Notes under the pieces: model-generated
What the model was told of the DNA's origin: nothing
Seen by the model: the letters and a program-made list of their open reading frames with translations, nothing else
The model's database searches: none
Translations under genes and position numbers: made by a program
Shown here: in pieces, positions 48,169 through 57,207 of the stretch
How the letters are laid out: each line of letters begins with the position of its first letter
Position numbering within the stretch: the stretch's first letter is position 1
Assembly: GCA_002069885.1 (NCBI GenBank)
Contig: MWCD01000001.1
Location: 67,795 to 131,794, forward strand
From: a bacterium ADurb.Bin236
Lineage (GTDB): Bacteria > UBP15 > UBA6099
Direction: 5' to 3'
Length of the DNA stretch: 64,000 bases

Positions 48169-49479
48169 TCAAGTCGTTTCATAAATATCATTGATGAATT
48201 TCCTTAATAAATGCCCTCCGCCGGGCTGCATCTTAGTGCGTTCAGCTTTTATGAACTCGCGTTTGAAAGAGCGGCGCAGGGCGGCGTCCGACGGATTGTC
48301 TTTCAGTTCCAATAGTAGAAGCGCGGCTCTCGAATATAACGATAAGCCTTTCAGAAAAGGAGCCGCGTCGGAATAGATGAATTTCAATTCAGGCGTTGTG
48401 TTAAACGTGTCTTTAATCGAATCAAGCCGTTTAAGGATAGTAACAAGAGCGGCGGAATTACCGGCTCGCGCGCGCTCGACGGCTATTTGCAGTTCTGTTT
48501 TCGGTTCGCCGGGGAAGAAACCTGCCGGCCATGCGTCGCAGAAATCGGCAAGCGCCGCCCTTCCCTTCTTGCCTGCCAAACTCTTTATCGCGCTTATTTC
48601 TGATTCGTCAGGGTCGTAACCGGCAGGATCGTAAAGATAGTCGGCGATTGTCAGCATCGGAACCATTGATGCGGAAGCTTCATTCATAGGGTTCGTGAAA
48701 TATCCTGCCAGCATGGAAGGCAATTCAGGGTCGCGTCCCCGCAAAGGCCCCATGTTCAATTTGTGGCGGTTATAGTCGTTCACAGGGTAGTTGTCCCAAA
48801 GCAGCGGTTTTCTCCGTATTATCTCTGCGAACGTTTTGGCGTCATCAACTGTGATGCTGGGAGAAACAACCTTAGGCCCTGTCCAGAAAACCCCTACTTC
48901 GGGTCGAAGCAACTTGCCGATTGTCACAAGATAGGGCGTCGGAGACACCGTCGCATAGTCTGTCGGGCACATCCAGAGTCTCGCGCCCTCGACTTTTGCT
49001 GACAATCTCTCGAAGAGACGATTGCACACATGCGCGTGCGCTTCTCCCAACGAAGAAAAGGCCCGGCGGTCGTCTTCATGCACTAGCTCCGGCGGAATAT
49101 CGTCTAGGAAAAGGCAGAAGGAAGTGACGCCGTCGGGAACCGGCCTTACAAACTTTTCGGCGAGAAGCTCGAAGTCGGCGTCTCTGCAATAGTGCATGGT
49201 CATTCCGGGGCTGACGGCCCAAATGAATTTGACGCCGTGTATTTTGCAGTCGCGGATGACTTCGGACACGCGCCGCCACTCAGCGGGCGGATATGGCGTC
49301 GTCCAGTTCATCCGGTGATATATGTCGTCTTTAGGCGCGTAGATGTAAGACTTAAGCCCCGCCGCGCCCATGAATTCGATTGTCCTAAGCCGCGCCGCGC
49401 GCGACCACGGTTTGCCGAAAAAACCTTCCACTACTCCCGTTTCGCAGAGCGGAACGGTTTTACGATTTATCCTTTTCAT
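48169..49479 (-). CDS. Glycoside hydrolase family 84 (O-GlcNAcase/NagJ-like beta-N-acetylglucosaminidase), cytoplasmic
   Basis: The protein has GVVEGFFGKPWS, YIYAPKDDIYHR and IWAVSPG blocks and a catalytic DD in FLDDIP. No signal peptide is present. Confidence 0.7.
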   Translation of the reverse strand: MKRINRKTVPLCETGVVEGFFGKPWSRAARLRTIEFMGAAGLKSYIYAPKDDIYHRMNWTTPYPPAEWRRVSEVIRDCKIHGVKFIWAVSPGMTMHYCRDADFELLAEKFVRPVPDGVTSFCLFLDDIPPELVHEDDRRAFSSLGEAHAHVCNRLFERLSAKVEGARLWMCPTDYATVSPTPYLVTIGKLLRPEVGVFWTGPKVVSPSITVDDAKTFAEIIRRKPLLWDNYPVNDYNRHKLNMGPLRGRDPELPSMLAGYFTNPMNEASASMVPMLTIADYLYDPAGYDPDESEISAIKSLAGKKGRAALADFCDAWPAGFFPGEPKTELQIAVERARAGNSAALVTILKRLDSIKDTFNTTPELKFIYSDAAPFLKGLSLYSRAALLLLELKDNPSDAALRRSFKREFIKAERTKMQPGGGHLLRKFINDIYETT

Positions 49480-50275
49480 TTCCTGAAGTGTCTCCCGCGA
49501 GTTTAGCGTTTTCAGGCATCGGCCCCAGCATGGACTCGACGTATGCGATTTCGCGCGCTCGTATTGTGTCTCGTATGTAGTCGAGATGTTCTCTAGAGGC
49601 TTTAAAAGTCCTGTATGCCGCTTTTATCATCTTAATAGCTTCGTTCAACGCCCGGACGAACCGGTTGCGGGACATCAGCGGAATCTGAGGTATCCTTTCA
49701 ATCACAAAATCCACCAATCCGCCTTTTTCGATTATCGATTTCGCGTACTCTCCGCTTTCAACCAGAGATTCAATCTGAAGTATGCGCTGCTCCCATGTCG
49801 AGCAATTTTCGTAAGCCAGCCTGTAGCTTTCTCGGTTAAGGTCGGCCATGCTCCGCGCTCGCTCATGTAGAAAGTCAATCATACATTCGTCTATCTTTAC
49901 GGCTAAGTCGTATGTCTCAACCACGTTGTTTAAATATTTGGAAAGGTCTTTCTCGCCTTTGAGGATATCGAGGTATCTGCGTACGAAGAACTGCGCGGCT
50001 CCGAGAAGCCTGTCGAGTTTGCCGCTTTTCTGAGCCGCAGCCACCCACCTGAACATTTCGTTGCGCGACTCATACGCCGCGCGGTTTTCGTAGCTCGGAT
50101 ACATGTAGTCAGTGAACAGTTCTCTGAAACGGTCTCCATGTTCTAGGTCTTCATACCGCTTCATGACCTCAGTGTGCTGGAAGTTGATAAGCCATTCCCG
50201 AACGGCTTCCCGCGTCAACATCGACGCTCCGGATTTTTGCAGCGCGCCCGGCGTTTCTCTAATGTCAGTTCTCAA
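49460..50275 (-). CDS. Hypothetical helical protein, co-transcribed with GH84
   Basis: The ORF is open and overlaps the GH84 start by 20 nt. I recognised no family. The start may be an internal ATG at 50221. Confidence 0.45.
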   Translation of the reverse strand: MRTDIRETPGALQKSGASMLTREAVREWLINFQHTEVMKRYEDLEHGDRFRELFTDYMYPSYENRAAYESRNEMFRWVAAAQKSGKLDRLLGAAQFFVRRYLDILKGEKDLSKYLNNVVETYDLAVKIDECMIDFLHERARSMADLNRESYRLAYENCSTWEQRILQIESLVESGEYAKSIIEKGGLVDFVIERIPQIPLMSRNRFVRALNEAIKMIKAAYRTFKASREHLDYIRDTIRAREIAYVESMLGPMPENAKLAGDTSGNEKDKS

Positions 50276-50552
50276 CGCTGTGTCTCCGAAAACGGTTAAG
50301 AAGATTCCTCTCAGCCGCTGTTCAATTTCACGTTTCAGCGCGGACGTTTAATCAGATTGCCGTCTTCCGCGTTTTTAGCAGTATAACCGAATTGTGAGCA
50401 TCGTTTAAAGACTCGCTCAAAAAGGCAGGCGTCGCATTCGTCGAGAACAAAGCCGCATAGAGCAGGCGTATAAGTTGTTCTTCATTTGACGCGCATAAAG
50501 CGGAAGGTTATTATGAAACGGGAACAGTATCCTCTCCGTTACGGAGGACGTC

Positions 50553-51404
50553 GTGCCGGACAACCGAAGAGACATAAGCAGGCGGGAATTCATCAGGCTG
50601 GGAATAGCGGGCGGGGCGCTCCTTTTCCTGCCGCAGCTTCCCTCAAGCGCCGTTGCGCAGGAATATAAAGGCAAGCCGATTAACGGGATGATGCTTGCAC
50701 GGCTCCTCGGCTCGGACGCCCTGCCGGATCCGTTCGATTTCATTTTTTGCGCGGATGTGCACATACCGTTTGACGACAGAGGCGTGTTCAAGAAAATCAT
50801 TTCAGCCGCTAACGATCTCAAAGTCAAATTCGTTCTTATAGGCGGAGATACCGTTCAGGTCGGAAACCCGGCTAACTTCACGCTTTTACAGCGCGAACTG
50901 AAGAAGTTCAACATGCCTGTAATCTGCGCAATGGGAAATCACGACACCGCTTTTGAAGATTACGCGGACCAGCGCGAATGGACGGTTAGGTTCGGCGCGT
51001 CCTGTTATAAGTTCGATCTTCCCGGAGTAAGGTTCATCGCGCTGAATAACGCGAACCATATTCTCTCAGACGCAGACTACGACCTGCTCGAAGAATCGCT
51101 TGAAACTGATTTGAAAAAGGTCGTATTCATGCACAGGCCCGCAAATTTTCTCAATGTCAGATATGACACGCCGATGCGCGACGACGCGGGCCGGTTCCGC
51201 TCTCTCATTGAGAAAGGCGGGGCGACCGCCGTTCTGACCGGACACGAACACCACCACGCGGTGTATAAAATCAACGGAGTGACGCACATAGTTTCCGGCG
51301 GAGCCGGAGGCAGGCTGACTCCAGATATCGAAAACAATTTCCACCACTTCATGCTGATTTCGGCGGGCAAGAACACTTTCGACTACAGAGTGGAAAAGAT
51401 TTGA
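50553..51404 (+). CDS. Calcineurin-like metallophosphoesterase with a Tat signal
   Basis: The twin-arginine signal SRREFIRLGIAGGALLF is present. The motifs DVH, GGD and GNHD are present. The start is a GTG at 50553, with a GGAGG 5 nt upstream. Confidence 0.7.
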   Translation: MPDNRRDISRREFIRLGIAGGALLFLPQLPSSAVAQEYKGKPINGMMLARLLGSDALPDPFDFIFCADVHIPFDDRGVFKKIISAANDLKVKFVLIGGDTVQVGNPANFTLLQRELKKFNMPVICAMGNHDTAFEDYADQREWTVRFGASCYKFDLPGVRFIALNNANHILSDADYDLLEESLETDLKKVVFMHRPANFLNVRYDTPMRDDAGRFRSLIEKGGATAVLTGHEHHHAVYKINGVTHIVSGGAGGRLTPDIENNFHHFMLISAGKNTFDYRVEKI

Positions 51405-51445
51405 GTTTCACATTTCCAACTATAAACTCATTCCGGCGAGGCGCG

Positions 51446-52840
51446 ATGAATAATAAACTGTTTGCGTATTTTTTAACGATAATCGCCGCGGCGTTTTTCA
51501 TATCGCAATGCGCGGCGGCGGAAAACGATTGTGATTACCGTCCCGGCACAACACTGCGTTTCCGCGCGGGGTCGGATTTTGTGCGCGACCAGTTCGGGAG
51601 AGTGGCGGTAATGAGAGGGGTCAACATGCCTGCGGCTTACCGAGACCCTTTCCCTTACGGAGAAGCAGACCTCGACGCGATAGAGCCGTTCGGATATAAC
51701 CTCATCCGCCTGCCGATGTCGTGGCGCTCGCTGGAACCCGAAGAGGGCGATTTCCAGCATGAGAAACTGGATGACTATAAGAATTTTATCCGCATGGCGC
51801 ATAGCCGCGGGTACTATGTGATGCCTGATGTCCATCAGGTTCAATGGTGCGCTTCAGGCATGATACCCGATTGGATGTGCAAAGAGAAATCCGGGCACGG
51901 CATACTCGTGGACGCGATAAAGCGGGAGACCGACAGATTCTGGGGCAGCGAGGAACTTCAATCGAAATTCGCGGGATTGTGGAAGACTCTGGCTTTCGAA
52001 CTGAAGGGGACTCCGGGGCTTTTCGCGTATGACGTCATTAACGAGCCGTTCTCATACGGCGCGTTGTCTTACGGTAATTTCGAGAAATGCTGTCTATATC
52101 CGTTTTACAGAAACGTAGTCTCGGAGATACGCGAGATCGACCCGGACACTCCGGTGGCTCTTGAACCTCCTCCGGTGAACGTGCTTCTTCCCGCTTACAC
52201 GGAGAAGATGCCTTTCGACAATCTTATCTGGGCTCCGCATTCATACTACGCGCACTCATACGGCGAAAAAGGTTATTCTGTGGACGGGAAAGAGACTCCG
52301 GCGGACGCGCGGGTGAAATACAGGCGATTCGCGAAGGAGGCCGCAGGCATCGAAGCTCCTTTGCTTATAGGCGAATTCGGAATGTGCGGATGGCAGGATT
52401 ATGATTTCATGACTCCATGGCTTGAAGAAAACATGCTGATGCAGGAGCGGCTGTTCGCCTCGTCCGCCGTCTGGGATTACGGAAAAAGCAAGTACGGCTG
52501 GGGGATTTTGGACGATTCAGGAAATCCTAACCCTGACAAAATGCCCATCCTTCACCGTCCCTACCCTCGATATACGGCTGGCGAGCCTCAAAAAATGCAA
52601 TATGATTCGACGGCAAAAGCATTCAGGTACAGATACTCTGCGGATGATAAGATATGCGCTCCGACTGAAATATACGTTCCGCCTGAACTCTTCGGCGGCT
52701 CGCCACAGATAACTGTGGAATCCCAATGCGACGCCGAATGGGATTATTCCGCCGAGAGGAAAACCCTGATAATACCGGCCGCCTGTTCGGGCGTTGTCGA
52801 TGTGGCTGTCACGGCTGGAACGCGGCTGGAATCCGATTAA
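51446..52840 (+). CDS. Glycoside hydrolase family 5, secreted
   Basis: A signal peptide MNNKLFAYFLTIIAAAFFISQCAAA is present. The GH5 catalytic NEP (DVINEPF) and the nucleophile IGEFG are present. An alternative start lies at 51401. Confidence 0.7.
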   Translation: MNNKLFAYFLTIIAAAFFISQCAAAENDCDYRPGTTLRFRAGSDFVRDQFGRVAVMRGVNMPAAYRDPFPYGEADLDAIEPFGYNLIRLPMSWRSLEPEEGDFQHEKLDDYKNFIRMAHSRGYYVMPDVHQVQWCASGMIPDWMCKEKSGHGILVDAIKRETDRFWGSEELQSKFAGLWKTLAFELKGTPGLFAYDVINEPFSYGALSYGNFEKCCLYPFYRNVVSEIREIDPDTPVALEPPPVNVLLPAYTEKMPFDNLIWAPHSYYAHSYGEKGYSVDGKETPADARVKYRRFAKEAAGIEAPLLIGEFGMCGWQDYDFMTPWLEENMLMQERLFASSAVWDYGKSKYGWGILDDSGNPNPDKMPILHRPYPRYTAGEPQKMQYDSTAKAFRYRYSADDKICAPTEIYVPPELFGGSPQITVESQCDAEWDYSAERKTLIIPAACSGVVDVAVTAGTRLESD

Positions 52841-52983
52841 GCCGCCGGCGGGACTTCTTGCATTTTCTGTCGAATCCTTATTGGACACTATTTGTTCAAC
52901 TGCGACCTGTTTGAGGTTATAATCAACATGCGCAAAGCTAACCCGCATTTTTCGAAAATGCGGGCTAAGCGCGGCGGGCGGAT

Positions 52984-53871
52984 ATGATACGGCCACAAAA
53001 CGCTTTCATAGTCCTTAACACGGATTGCGACAAACGGGATGAGTGTTCCTATTGCTTTTACAACACTCAGCCGGAAAGATCTGTTCAGTCTAAACTTGAC
53101 ACGGACAAGATAGTGTCGATATTAAGGCGGCTGATGTTGCTCAATGTCGGCAATGTGTATCTTACGGGCGGAGAGCCTTTGTTGAGGGACGATCTTGAGA
53201 GAATAGTCTCTGCGGCGACCGCTATGAGGCTCAACACATTTTTGCTTTCTAACGGAAGGCTGCTTGATTCAAGCAGAGTGGCGAGACTTGACCGCGCGGG
53301 GCTGGATGTTTTCGTCCTTTCGCTGAACGATCTGTCGCTCGAAGACAAGAAGACGATTTCGCTGGCGGCAAGATTCAAAAACGCGGCTCTTTCTTTCATA
53401 TTCGTGCTGACGAGCAAAAACACGGCTTTGGTCCGGCCTGTGACTGAACTTGCGCGCGCGTTGGACGCCGGGCTGGTTTTCCAGCCCGCATGGATCCCCT
53501 CGGAGAACCCGTTGCGCGCCGCTATCAGCCCGGCTTCGCTCAGCCAGTTCGAGTGGTCGGAGTTGTATTCAGAGCTGCGCCCGTGGGCGGTTCAACTAGG
53601 TTACGAGGATTATCTGGAGTTGACGCACGACATATATCGCGACGGGAAACTGAAACCTAAGATGTGCGGGATGGGGACTGACTCGTTCGTCATTGACGCG
53701 GACGGGACAGTCTATCCTTGTTTTCACAGGCGGGATTTGTCATGCGGGAATGTCCGCCGCGACGACATTGCGGAGGTTCTGGACCGCGTCTCCAAGCATT
53801 CAGCGGAACTGTCCGCCGCCCCGTGCTTCGGCGAACACTGCGTCTCGCTTCACACTTCTTTCAAGAAGTAA
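52984..53871 (+). CDS. Radical SAM protein with a SPASM-like C-terminal domain
   Basis: The N-terminus carries a CX5CX2C cluster (CDKRDECSYC). The GGEPLL motif is present. The C-terminus is Cys-rich (CGMGTD..CFHRRDLSCGN..CFGEHC). Confidence 0.6.
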   Translation: MIRPQNAFIVLNTDCDKRDECSYCFYNTQPERSVQSKLDTDKIVSILRRLMLLNVGNVYLTGGEPLLRDDLERIVSAATAMRLNTFLLSNGRLLDSSRVARLDRAGLDVFVLSLNDLSLEDKKTISLAARFKNAALSFIFVLTSKNTALVRPVTELARALDAGLVFQPAWIPSENPLRAAISPASLSQFEWSELYSELRPWAVQLGYEDYLELTHDIYRDGKLKPKMCGMGTDSFVIDADGTVYPCFHRRDLSCGNVRRDDIAEVLDRVSKHSAELSAAPCFGEHCVSLHTSFKK

Positions 53872-53898
53872 AAACCGTTATGAAATGGCAACTCCCCG

Positions 53899-55212
53899 TC
53901 AGTGGTCGGGGTAATAGCCCGTTACGCCCGTTGAAGACACTACTCCGGGAACGGAACCTGTAAAGTTAATCTTCTTGATCAAAGGAGACAAGCCTGAGTT
54001 GTCCGCGAAAACAATCGAATTCCCCGCCGCGTTCCATTTAGGCGCAAGATAAATCTGGTCTGACGAAACGACAGCCGGATTTGAAGAAATGGAACTCATC
54101 ACAAAAAGGTCGGAGCAAGTGTCGCCGACGGGAGGGACCTGCCCGCCGCCGGGGGCCGCGCATTCGTGGTCGAACTGAAAAATGACTTTGCCGTTCGGCT
54201 CGATGTCAGGATTTTTCGCGGAGCATTGACCATCGCCTGCGTCGCAAACGGGAGCTCCTGCGCCTGACGGATTATAAAGAAGCGAGGCCGCGCCAAGAGG
54301 ATTCACCGTGATTTTCCAGAGGTTCGAGTTCGACGCCGAGCCTGCTCCGCCGTCAACCGCGCGGTAAGACGAATATACGAGAGCGTTGTTTCCGGGCTGC
54401 CAAGCGGGAGCCTCGTCTCTCGCGGAGTGAGTCGTTATTCTTGTGACGCTTCCGCCGGTCGAAGTCATAGTGTAGATGTCGTACTGGCCCGGAGCGTCGG
54501 ATGAGTAAGCGATTTTCGCCGCGTCGTGGCTCCATGAAAGACCGCTGTATCTAACGTCTGTTCCGGAAGCCAGCGTGGTCAGAGTTTCAACATTTGAAAC
54601 GCAAGCGGCCTTTGCGATGCTTTGATTGCCAGCTCCGTCGTCGCGGACGAAAATCACCTGTTTGCCGACTGGAGAGAGCGCGGCGTACGAGTGAGCTCTG
54701 CCGGGAAGGTCTTCGCAAATCCTGCGGGCTGTGGCAGAGTTGGACGGGTTGGCCGCAAAAACCCTGTTGTAGCCTGACACCGGGTCGGCGGCGATGTACA
54801 CCATATCGCCTGCGGCGATGTCGCATATATTGCAACTTAATGGGTTCTGATAGTTCACGGTTCGAGCTACGGTTTTTGTGTTTCCGGAGCGAGTTGCGAC
54901 CACTGTTATGGTCGAGGTGGACGAGATGTCCACGTTTGCTCTGCTGAAAGTTCCATTGGCCGCGACTGTGACGGCGACATTGTTTACTTTTACCGTTGCG
55001 TTTGAGTTCGTGCTGCCTGAGACGGTTATTCTATCTACGTAGTATGTTTGGCCGTCATATAGAGGGCTGTCGACGGTGAGGAAAAAAGTCGGGTCTGTGG
55101 GAGTGGAGGCCCCACCTCCTCCGCCCCCGCCTCCACAGCCTGAAACGGCCCATGCGGAGACAATCATCATAAGAGCGAGGACAACCCGCGATGCCGCTGT
55201 TTGATTTTTCAT
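53899..55212 (-). CDS. PD40/TolB-like beta-propeller lipoprotein with a poly-Gly linker
   Basis: The lipobox AVSGC is followed by GGGGGGGG. PD40-like repeats (KIAYSSDAPGQYDIYTM, NALVYSSY) are present. The start overlaps the kdsA stop. Confidence 0.6.
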   Translation of the reverse strand: MKNQTAASRVVLALMMIVSAWAVSGCGGGGGGGGASTPTDPTFFLTVDSPLYDGQTYYVDRITVSGSTNSNATVKVNNVAVTVAANGTFSRANVDISSTSTITVVATRSGNTKTVARTVNYQNPLSCNICDIAAGDMVYIAADPVSGYNRVFAANPSNSATARRICEDLPGRAHSYAALSPVGKQVIFVRDDGAGNQSIAKAACVSNVETLTTLASGTDVRYSGLSWSHDAAKIAYSSDAPGQYDIYTMTSTGGSVTRITTHSARDEAPAWQPGNNALVYSSYRAVDGGAGSASNSNLWKITVNPLGAASLLYNPSGAGAPVCDAGDGQCSAKNPDIEPNGKVIFQFDHECAAPGGGQVPPVGDTCSDLFVMSSISSNPAVVSSDQIYLAPKWNAAGNSIVFADNSGLSPLIKKINFTGSVPGVVSSTGVTGYYPDH

Positions 55213-56039
55213 ATCATGTCCTGCTTTTTCACCATCGCGTCCAGCGCTTTCGCGTGAAGCAACAGGTTTTTAAGATTTTTCAACGGAACCATATTCTGGC
55301 CGTCCGAAAGAGCCTCGTCAGGCTCGTGGTGAGTTTCGAGGAAAAGCGCGTCCACGCCGACCGCCATGCAAGCGCGGACCAGAGGATCGACGAACTCGCG
55401 TTGTCCGCCGCTGGAAGTGCCGGCCCCGCCGGGCAACTGCACGCTGTGCGTGGCGTCGAAACAGACCGGATATCCGAACCGTCTGATTATAGGCAGCGAC
55501 TTGAAGTCCACCACAAGATTGTTGTAGCCGAATGTGGAGCCGCGCTCTGTTATAATTATTTTATCATTTCCGGCGCTGAGGCATTTGTCGATTATGTTGC
55601 GAACGTCCCATGGAGCAAGGAACTGGCCTTTCTTGATGTTGACCGGTTTGCCTGTCTTGGCAGAGCCGACGACAAGGTCGGTCTGTCTGCAAAGAAAAGC
55701 GGGTATCTGGATGATATCGATGAAAGGAGCAATCTCGTCGACTTCCTCCAACGAGTGGGCGTCCGTGGTTACAGGCAGTCCAAGGTCGCGTTTGACTTTT
55801 GCGAATAGTTTTTTGCCAGATTTGATGCCGAGTCCCCTGAAGGAGGAGCCGGACGACCTGTTTGCCTTGTCGTATGACACCTTGAATACGAGCGGCACGC
55901 CGATTTCGCCGCAGATGCTCTTCAGCTCCTTCGCGATGGAGAAACAGCTATCCTCGCTTTCGAGGACGCAAGGCCCGGCGATTAGAACAAAAGGCGCGCC
56001 CCCGCCTATGGGGATGCCGCTTATGTCGAATCCAGTCAT
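55209..56039 (-). CDS. kdsA: 2-dehydro-3-deoxyphosphooctonate aldolase (KDO-8-phosphate synthase)
   Basis: The N-terminus FVLIAGPCVLES is present, and the overall KdsA similarity is clear. Confidence 0.85.
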   Translation of the reverse strand: MTGFDISGIPIGGGAPFVLIAGPCVLESEDSCFSIAKELKSICGEIGVPLVFKVSYDKANRSSGSSFRGLGIKSGKKLFAKVKRDLGLPVTTDAHSLEEVDEIAPFIDIIQIPAFLCRQTDLVVGSAKTGKPVNIKKGQFLAPWDVRNIIDKCLSAGNDKIIITERGSTFGYNNLVVDFKSLPIIRRFGYPVCFDATHSVQLPGGAGTSSGGQREFVDPLVRACMAVGVDALFLETHHEPDEALSDGQNMVPLKNLKNLLLHAKALDAMVKKQDMI

Positions 56040-56085
56040 CAGATGTTATCCCCGCCCGCCGCTGTAACCGCGACGATAGTAAATA

Positions 56086-57207
56086 TTATAGCGCTCCGGC
56101 CCCGCCCGCAGTATCCCGTCGCAAATTCAGGATGTCTTCGACATGCCGCGAACCGGACGCGATATCGACGTCGATAAGCAATTTGATCCATGCGCGCCTC
56201 GGTTTGAAATGGCCGGGCAGGCGCACGGCGTCTTTTTCAGTGGTCACGATCCAGTCGGCCCCGGCTCTCGCCGCCGCGTCTTCCACCCGCTCCAAATCCG
56301 CGTCTCCATATGGATGATGGTCCGTGAATCTATATGCGATGACCGCCTCGCCAGTAACGTTTGCCACCGTTCTTTCAAACTGTTCGGGATTTCCAAGCCC
56401 GCTCACCGCCAGAGCGCGCGTCCCTCTAAGACTGTCTATGCCGGGCGATTCGCCCTCCCCTATCCTTTTCGCTCCGGATATTTTATAGACGGATTCGACG
56501 ATAGGCGTTCCGGGAAACATGCGGGAGAGAGCGTCGCGGGTCTGCGCTGTTTTTTCCGCGCCCGCCGCGTCTATCCGGGTCATCCAGAACAATGTTGCCC
56601 GTTTTAACTCGGTCAGAGGCTCTCTGAGCAAACCTGCTGGGAAAAGTTTTCCGAACCCGAAAGGGTTGCAGGCGTCGATCACGGCGATGTCGGCGTCTCT
56701 GGCCAGCGTAACAAACTGAAAGCCGTCGTCGAGAACAATCGAGCCGCAAGAAAAACGGTCGATAAGAGAGCGCGCGCCGCGCGCGCGGTCAATGTCAACC
56801 GCGACCGGCCTGCCGTCCTCGAGGTATAAAATCGGCTCGTCTCCGCAACTGTGCCATGATAGCGCGTCGGCGCGGGATGAAAGAATGATAGAGCCTGAGC
56901 CTTCCCTTCCGTAGCCGCGAGTCGCTATGCCGGGATTCATTCCTCTTTCGGCAAAACCGGAGGCGAGCATCCTGCAGATAGGAGTCTTGCCCGTGCCGCC
57001 GAGGGTAATGTTTCCAACGCTGACCACCGGAACATCGAGTTTGAGCGCCGGAGCGGCGGAAAGTTTTTTCATCCTAGCGGCGTGAGCGACGCGGTAAAAC
57101 TCGGACATAGCAAACATGCCGGCGCGGCAAACAGCCGCCGCCGCGCCTTTCTTTTCGCCGGACATTATGGGATATAGTTTGGAACCGCTCCGGGAGTCTA
57201 TTATCAT
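56086..57207 (-). CDS. lpxK: Tetraacyldisaccharide 4'-kinase
   Basis: The P-loop VPVVSVGNITLGGTGKTP is present. Confidence 0.8.
   Translation of the reverse strand: MIIDSRSGSKLYPIMSGEKKGAAAAVCRAGMFAMSEFYRVAHAARMKKLSAAPALKLDVPVVSVGNITLGGTGKTPICRMLASGFAERGMNPGIATRGYGREGSGSIILSSRADALSWHSCGDEPILYLEDGRPVAVDIDRARGARSLIDRFSCGSIVLDDGFQFVTLARDADIAVIDACNPFGFGKLFPAGLLREPLTELKRATLFWMTRIDAAGAEKTAQTRDALSRMFPGTPIVESVYKISGAKRIGEGESPGIDSLRGTRALAVSGLGNPEQFERTVANVTGEAVIAYRFTDHHPYGDADLERVEDAAARAGADWIVTTEKDAVRLPGHFKPRRAWIKLLIDVDIASGSRHVEDILNLRRDTAGGAGAL

Noticed and set aside
52928-52987. 19-aa ORF (MRKANPHFSKMRAKRGGRI) just upstream of the radical SAM gene, as a possible RiPP precursor
   Set aside because: It is basic with no Cys, Ser or Thr core typical of SPASM-modified peptides. 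It overlaps the hairpin and the radical SAM start, so it is more likely a non-coding spacer.
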